The notes below the pieces were generated by a model, which saw only the letters and a list, made by a program, of their open reading frames with translations, did no database searches and was not told the origin of the DNA. A DNA stretch of 64,000 bases from the human T2T-CHM13v2.0 reference genome, Homo sapiens. Position 1 is the stretch's first letter. The number at the start of each line of letters is the position of its first letter. The position numbers were made by a program, and so were the translations under genes. The DNA lies in assembly GCF_009914755.1 (NCBI RefSeq), contig NC_060925.1; one strand, 5' to 3'. Below are positions 62,718 through 64,000 of this stretch, in pieces.

Positions 62718-63156
62718 TAGTAGGCCTCCTCGGCCACCTCTACAAATGGTAATGTCATCTGCTTCTGGACTGGGTCCCACAAGCTCTAAGTCAGGAAGCT
62801 TGATATGGCATCCGGGGCAGCAGGTAATGACGCTGTTCTTATCTGAACCCCCAAATTACAACGTAGGAGTTCTAACAAAGAGTTTATAATTGATGTGCCA
62901 ATTTGTTTCTAATGGAACTCACCCAGTAGTACTAAAAAGAATCAGATCACATTTCATTATTAACACAATGAATCACCATACTCAAAATAACAAAATCACC
63001 CCAAATCATGATTTCCCTAAGAAACAGATTGGGGTAAGAGTATGAATAAAATCAGTCATATAACCCCCCACCCCCGTGGAAAACAGTTTAGCTGTTTCTA
63101 ATAAAATTGAGCACACGCCTACCTCGTAGCCCAGTAATTCCACTCCCTATTTAGTA

Positions 63157-63966
63157 CATTTGACCCTTGAACAATGTGGGGGTAGGGGTGCTGACCCCTC
63201 ACACTGTTGAAAATCCACATATAACATTTGACTCCCCAAAAACTTAACTAGTAATAGCCTACTGTCGACCAGAAGCCTTACTGATAACATAGTCAACTAA
63301 CACATATTTTGTATGTTGTATATATATATATGTTATATATTTTGTATGTTATATATATATATATAATATACTGTATTCTTACAATAAAGTAAGCTAGAGA
63401 AAAAATATTATGAAAATTCTAAGCTGGGCATGGTGGTGTGTGCCTGTAGTCCAACTACTTGAGAGGCTCAGGCAGGAGGATCACTTGAACCCAGGAGTTT
63501 GAGGCTGCAGTGAGTTATGATGGCCCAGTGAGCCTGGGCGACAGAGTGAGACATTGTCTCAAAAAAAAAAAAAAAAAAAAAAAAAGGAAAGCATAGGCCA
63601 GGCATGGTGGCATGCACTTGTAGTCTCAGCTATTTGGGAGGCAGAGACAGGAGGATCGCTTGAGGCCAGTTCAAGGCTGCAGTGAGCTATGATCATGCCA
63701 CAGCACTACAGACTGGGTGACAGAGTGAGACTGTGTCTCAAAAAAAGAAAAAAAAAGAAAAAAAGAAAATCACAAGGAAGAGAAAGCATATTCACTATTC
63801 ATTCAGTGGAAGTAGATTGTCATAAAGGTCATCCTCCTCGTCTTCACGTTGAGCAGGCTGAGGAGGAGAGGTTGGTCTTGCTGTCTCGAGTGTGGCAGAG
63901 GCAGAAGAAAGTCCAAGCATAAGTGGACCTGCTCTGTTCAAACTGGTGTTATCCAAGGGTCAGCTG
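63157..63966. mobile_element. Tigger2a/MER28-like element with a (TA)n tract and two nested Alu monomers, inserted in an L1M fragment
   Basis: TA|catttgacccttgaacaa ... gttatccaagggtcagctg|TA terminal inverted repeats. Alu monomers at about 63423-63586 and 63596-63770. Confidence 0.8.
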
Positions 63967-64000
63967 TATATACCTAAATGAGATGAATGCACATGTTCAC

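Overview
This is primate (human or great-ape) genomic DNA from the 5' end of EPHB2 (human 1p36.12). About 29.7 kb of repeat-rich upstream sequence is followed by a CpG-island promoter and EPHB2 exon 1. The coding part is 29867-29927, 61 nt encoding the signal peptide MALRRLGAALLLLPLLAAVE, and it ends at a GTGAG donor. About 34 kb of intron 1 follows, containing the MIR4684 hairpin (38400-38481); I did not find exon 2. The rest is mostly Alu, L1, MIR/L2, MaLR LTR and DNA-transposon remnants, and nearly all listed ORFs are Alu/L1-derived or GC-rich artefacts. I found no supportable new gene system. The best observations are: (i) an Alu split by a 258-nt templated copy of a locus 2.6 kb away, which can be dated relative to a second Alu; (ii) a second Alu-to-Alu templated patch; (iii) an out-of-frame upstream ATG overlapping the EPHB2 start; (iv) a TCF/CDX/MYB cluster at about -8.4 kb with a strong CTCF motif between it and the promoter; (v) several candidate enhancers and local tandem duplications, including a 4 x 57-nt VNTR. 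Repeat family names and published links are from memory and by eye, and boundaries of old repeats are approximate.
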